Shown: piece by piece, positions 60,471 through 64,000 of the stretch
Layout of the letters: every line of letters starts with the position of its first letter
How positions within the stretch are numbered: the first letter of the stretch is position 1
Source of the DNA: an uncultured Chloroflexia bacterium
Lineage (GTDB): Bacteria; Chloroflexota; Limnocylindria; QHBO01
Direction: 5' to 3'
Length of the DNA stretch: 64,000 nucleotides
NCBI GenBank assembly: GCA_963825525.1
Contig: CAWGTN010000002.1
Coordinates: 1,152,001 to 1,216,000, forward strand
Translations under genes and position numbers: made by a program
Notes under the pieces: generated by a model
The model's database searches: none
What the model saw: only the letters and a program-made list of their open reading frames with translations
What the model was told of the DNA's origin: nothing

Positions 60471-60734
60471 ATGGCTCTCGTCCAGATCCGCCCCATCGAG
60501 GCACGCGTTCGGTGGGACCGCATTGCCGACCGTCCATCCCAGATCTCCTGGGAGGGTCACTCTCTGCGCGTGACCGAACTCGACGCCGTCCGCGACGAAC
60601 GCGCGGCCTACCCAGCCAGCCGCGGCCCTCGCGTGACCTTCGTTCTGCGCAGCGCCGACGGCAGCCGCGCGTCAGTCGTTTTCGACGGCCGCAGGCGCCG
60701 GTGGTACCTGGAGGCCGTCGAGCCCGCCGCCTGA
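60471..60734 (+). CDS. Small SOS-regulated protein, DUF6504/ImuB C-terminal-like
   Basis: GAGGAG SD then ATG; 87 aa with P..ISWEG..LRV..R.TF.L..DG..VVFD.RRRRWYLE pattern. Confidence 0.7.
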   Translation: MALVQIRPIEARVRWDRIADRPSQISWEGHSLRVTELDAVRDERAAYPASRGPRVTFVLRSADGSRASVVFDGRRRRWYLEAVEPAA

Positions 60735-60823
60735 TCCGCCCTCTGACCTGCCTACAATCGGCTCGGTGTCGTCCGGGCCGATTGCGGTACCCGGGACAGC
60801 CAGACCCGAGGACGATCCCGCCG

Positions 60824-61462
60824 TTGGACGAGCACCTCGTCGATCTTCCGCTGCGTGATCTCGTCGCGCGCATGGCGACCACTGACCCGGTGCCGGGTGG
60901 CGGCAGCGCGTCCGCCGTCGCCGGGGCGTTGGGAGCGGCGCTGACGCACATGGTGGTCGCGCTGAGTCGCGGGCGGCCGGACGCGGCGCCTCACGAAGTC
61001 GAGCTGACCGAGATCGGGACGGCGGCGGCGCAGTTCCAGTCCGAGCTGCTGGCACTTGCCGAGGCCGACGCGACCGCGTACGCGTCCGTGGTGGCGGCAC
61101 GCCGCCTGCCGCGCGACACGCCACGCGACCAGGAAGCCCGTCGAGTGATGATCGACGCATCCGTCCGCGAGGCCATCCGCGCTCCGCGAGCGATCGCCCG
61201 CGCGGCGCTGGAGGTCATGCGATTGACCGAGCGATTGGCCCCCATCGGCCACGCACGTGCGATCAGCGATGTCGGCGTGGCAACCCTTCTGGCAGGAGCG
61301 GCATTGCGAGGGGCGGCCATGAATGTCGAGATCAATCTCCCCTCCCTCCCCGACGATGATCCGCTGCGGGGCGAGGCAGCCACCGAGATCGGCGATCTCC
61401 TGGCAGGGGCGGACGACCTCGAGCCGCGCGTGCGAGCCCGGGTGGCGGAGCGTCTTCGATGA
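60824..61462 (+). CDS. Cyclodeaminase/methenyl-THF cyclohydrolase (FchA / FTCD_C family)
   Basis: PVPGGGSASAVAGALGAAL..MV, D..AY, ISDVGV, A.MNV.INL. Confidence 0.88.
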   Translation: MDEHLVDLPLRDLVARMATTDPVPGGGSASAVAGALGAALTHMVVALSRGRPDAAPHEVELTEIGTAAAQFQSELLALAEADATAYASVVAARRLPRDTPRDQEARRVMIDASVREAIRAPRAIARAALEVMRLTERLAPIGHARAISDVGVATLLAGAALRGAAMNVEINLPSLPDDDPLRGEAATEIGDLLAGADDLEPRVRARVAERLR

Positions 61463-62313
61463 CGGCCAGGCTGCTCGACGGACGCGACGTCGCGTCCCAC
61501 CTGAGGCGGGAGCTGCGCCACCGCGTCGAACGGCTGGTCGGCGCTGACTCGGATCGGCCGCCGCAGCTCGCGATCCTGCGCTCGGGAAGAAGCGAAGCGT
61601 CCGAGCTGTACGCGTCGAGCCTCGACCGTGCGGCGCGCAGCGTCGGCGTCGAGCCGCTGGCCCTGACCGAGGAGTCCGGCTCGCTGGCCGACGCGATCGA
61701 CCGGCTCAACGACGATCCTCGCGTCGCCGGCATCGTCGTGGCCCAGCCGCTCGGCGATCCCGAGCACGGCCGCCAGCTGGTCGAGCGCATCGATCCGGCG
61801 AAGGACGTGGACGGCGCCACGCCCGCGAACGCCGGCTGGTTGGCGCGTGGCGAACCCGCCTTCGTTCCGGCGACCGCGCTGGCGGTGATCGCCCTGCTCG
61901 GCGCCTACGACATCCCCATCGCCGGACAGCGCGCCGTGATCATCGGCCGCTCGGCGGTGGTCGGTCGCCCGGTCGCCTCGCTGTTGCTGGCGCGGGACGC
62001 CACGGTCGTCATCTGCCACCGCTCGACCCACAACCTTGCCCGGGAGACTCGTCGCGCAGAGCTGCTCATTGCCGCCGCCGGGTCGCCTGGCCTGGTTCGC
62101 AGCGAGATGGTCAATCGGTCGGCGGTGGTGGTCGACTGTGGGATCAACGCCACACCATCGGGGATTGTCGGAGACGTCGACTTCGCGACCGTCTCGCCGG
62201 TTGTGCAGGCCATCAGCCCGGTGCCCGGGGGGATCGGCCCGGTGACGCCCATGATGGTGCTGCGCCAGACGATCGAGTCAGCCGAGCGCGACGCCGGAAG
62301 CGACCGGCCCTAG
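61459..62313 (+). CDS. folD: Methylene-THF dehydrogenase (FolD family)
   Basis: LLDGR, IDPAKDVDG, VIIGRS.VVGRP, ATVVICH, VVDCGIN, GDVDF, SPVPGGIGPVT. Confidence 0.92.
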   Translation: MTARLLDGRDVASHLRRELRHRVERLVGADSDRPPQLAILRSGRSEASELYASSLDRAARSVGVEPLALTEESGSLADAIDRLNDDPRVAGIVVAQPLGDPEHGRQLVERIDPAKDVDGATPANAGWLARGEPAFVPATALAVIALLGAYDIPIAGQRAVIIGRSAVVGRPVASLLLARDATVVICHRSTHNLARETRRAELLIAAAGSPGLVRSEMVNRSAVVVDCGINATPSGIVGDVDFATVSPVVQAISPVPGGIGPVTPMMVLRQTIESAERDAGSDRP

Positions 62314-63302
62314 GGCGACGGATCGGCGACCATCTCCGCCAGCGCCACGCTGCCGTCGATGAACCCCAGCCGGACCATCGTGTCGTAGCCGGCGGCCCAC
62401 GTGACCTGGTCGATCTCCCCATTGTCGAAACCGTCGCCGCGCCACAGCTCGATGGTCGCGTCGAGCACCGCGCGCGCCACCTCCGGGTCCTCGGCGATGG
62501 TCGGCACCGTCGCTTCCGCGGCCGCGAAGGCGGTGTCCGGATCGGCGATCGCCTCCGCCTGTGCCAGGGCCGTTGCCTCGACGAATGCACGCACCAGGGC
62601 GGGGTCCTCTTCGAGCAGCGCGTCACCCACGATCAGGCCGGGACCGGGAAGCGGCGCGACGTCATCGACCGTCAACAGCCCGACATCCATGCCACGCGCC
62701 TCGAGCCGCAGCGGCTCGTTGTTCCGAAAGCCCGTGATGAGGTCGACGTCCCCGTTCGAGAGCCCATCGACCTGGTTGAACTGGGGGTACTCGCGGATGG
62801 TCACGTCATCTACGGTGAGGTCGCCCGCCTCCAGCAGCGCCAGCAGCGCATGCCAGGATGACCCGAAACGACCCGGCGTCCCGATGGTCGAGCCGGACAG
62901 GTCGGCCGGATCGGATGGGACGGCACCTGCCTCGCCGATGATCGCCACCGGAAAGCCCTGGTAGAGCGTGCTCACGTACTTGACCGGAATCCCCTGGGTC
63001 CGGGCGATCATGACGTCGGTGGCATCGGCCACGCCGAACTCCGCCCGCCCATCGGCCACCAGGCGCTGGACGTCGGGCGCCTGCTCGTGGCGGATGGTCA
63101 CCTCGAGCCCCGCCGTTGCGTAGAAACCCTCCCGTTGCGCGACGTAGAACGGCGCGAACTGAACGTCCGGTCGATATCCGAGAACCAGCGTCACCGGACG
63201 TAGCTCCGGGGCGCTTGCTGGGCATGCCGCGAAGGGGCCGCACTCGCATGCGGCAACCAGCGGCAGGATGGCGAGAACGAGGACGAGTCGCACGGAACGC
63301 AT
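62310..63302 (-). CDS. NMT1/THI5-like ABC substrate-binding lipoprotein (possibly riboflavin RibY)
   Basis: Lipobox LVAAC, LGYRPDVQFAPFYVA..GFY, GTPGRFGSSW, GFRNNEP. Confidence 0.85.
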   Translation of the reverse strand: MRSVRLVLVLAILPLVAACECGPFAACPASAPELRPVTLVLGYRPDVQFAPFYVAQREGFYATAGLEVTIRHEQAPDVQRLVADGRAEFGVADATDVMIARTQGIPVKYVSTLYQGFPVAIIGEAGAVPSDPADLSGSTIGTPGRFGSSWHALLALLEAGDLTVDDVTIREYPQFNQVDGLSNGDVDLITGFRNNEPLRLEARGMDVGLLTVDDVAPLPGPGLIVGDALLEEDPALVRAFVEATALAQAEAIADPDTAFAAAEATVPTIAEDPEVARAVLDATIELWRGDGFDNGEIDQVTWAAGYDTMVRLGFIDGSVALAEMVADPSP

Positions 63303-63313
63303 CGATGGTCCTT

Positions 63314-64000
63314 TCACTGGCTGATGAGGCGACGCTCGACGACGACCACCAGCCCGTAGAAGACGAGGCCGATGATGGCGAGCGCGGCGAGGGCTACGAA
63401 CATGAGGGGCGTGTCGAACAGGCCCTGGTTGGCGATGTTGATGAGGACGCCGAGACCCGTGGACGCCCCGGCCCACTCGGCCACGACGGCACCGATCACG
63501 GCCAGGGTCACTCCGACTCGAAGCCCGCCGAAGATGACCGGCAGCGCTGACGGAATCTCGAGCAGCCGCGTCCGCTGGGCCGGTCCGGCGCCGAGGCTGT
63601 GCAGCATCTCGGCGAGCTGCGGATCAGTCGAACGGACGCCGACCATGGTGGCGATGGCAATCGGGAAGAAGACGATGAGGGCGCAGATGACGACCCGAGC
63701 CAGCAGGCCACCGCCGAACCAGATGTCGAGCAGTGGCGCGAGGGCCAGGATCGGCACCGCCTGCGCGGCAACGATGTACGGCGACAGCACGCGCTCGACC
63801 AGCACGCTCTTGCCGAGCGCGATCCCGGTCAGGATTGCCGTCGAGGCGCCGGCCGCGAAACCGAGGACGATCTCGAGCAGCGTGACCGCGGTGTGCTCCC
63901 AGAGGACTCCCGAGCCAATCGCACGCACCGCACGCTCCGCCACGATCCCGGGAGCCGGAAGGATGTACTCCGGATAGCCGCCGACGGCGACGACCAATGT
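63314..64000 (-). CDS. ABC permease, SsuC/ThiX/RibX-like (5' end outside window)
   Basis: ILPAP, QAVPILALAPL, FFPI, PSALP.IFGGLR, GAVVAEW.G...GLG. Confidence 0.88.
   Translation of the reverse strand, partial: TLVVAVGGYPEYILPAPGIVAERAVRAIGSGVLWEHTAVTLLEIVLGFAAGASTAILTGIALGKSVLVERVLSPYIVAAQAVPILALAPLLDIWFGGGLLARVVICALIVFFPIAIATMVGVRSTDPQLAEMLHSLGAGPAQRTRLLEIPSALPVIFGGLRVGVTLAVIGAVVAEWAGASTGLGVLINIANQGLFDTPLMFVALAALAIIGLVFYGLVVVVERRLISQ

Noticed and set aside
1-64000. tRNA, rRNA, CRISPR arrays, transposases, integrases, prophage genes
   Set aside because: None recognised; intergenic gaps are short and no regularly spaced repeats were seen.

Overview
High-GC (roughly 70% by eye), gene-dense bacterial chromosome segment. 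It is most consistent with a Chloroflexota genome (possibly Limnocylindria-like); this is an inference from AGAAC-N4-GTTCT LexA boxes, an NMT1/RibXY-type ABC pair, CWB2 surface proteins and frequent leaderless genes. Four blocks are visible. (1) 1-14.5 kb: alpha-glucan/trehalose cluster (glgB, malQ, treZ, treY, glgX, maltokinase, GNAT, treS, glgE). (2) 18-52 kb: dispersed purine cluster (purN M F L Q S C B E D, guaA, guaB-like, purA) interleaved with zinc-ribbon membrane proteins, a GGDEF/HD-GYP protein, UPF0182, a split ClpC2-like HTH/ClpN pair, an AAA ATPase, an AlkZ-like glycosylase and a photolyase. (3) 54-61 kb: dnaB-rplI and an SOS locus of lexA, alkZ-like, dinB and a small doubly LexA-boxed gene. 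(4) 61-64 kb: fchA-folD and an ABC transporter. Several genes carry single-base frameshifts, including one in a homopolymer of purM, which points to sequencing errors rather than pseudogenes. I saw no rRNA, tRNA, CRISPR array or transposase. The best leads are the SOS cassette with its 87-aa DUF6504/ImuB-C-like protein, an SOS box in the dnaB promoter, a CarH-like 11-bp repeat operator next to the photolyase, the split ClpC2-like module with a perfect operator, and a FolD lacking its cyclohydrolase lysine coupled to FchA.
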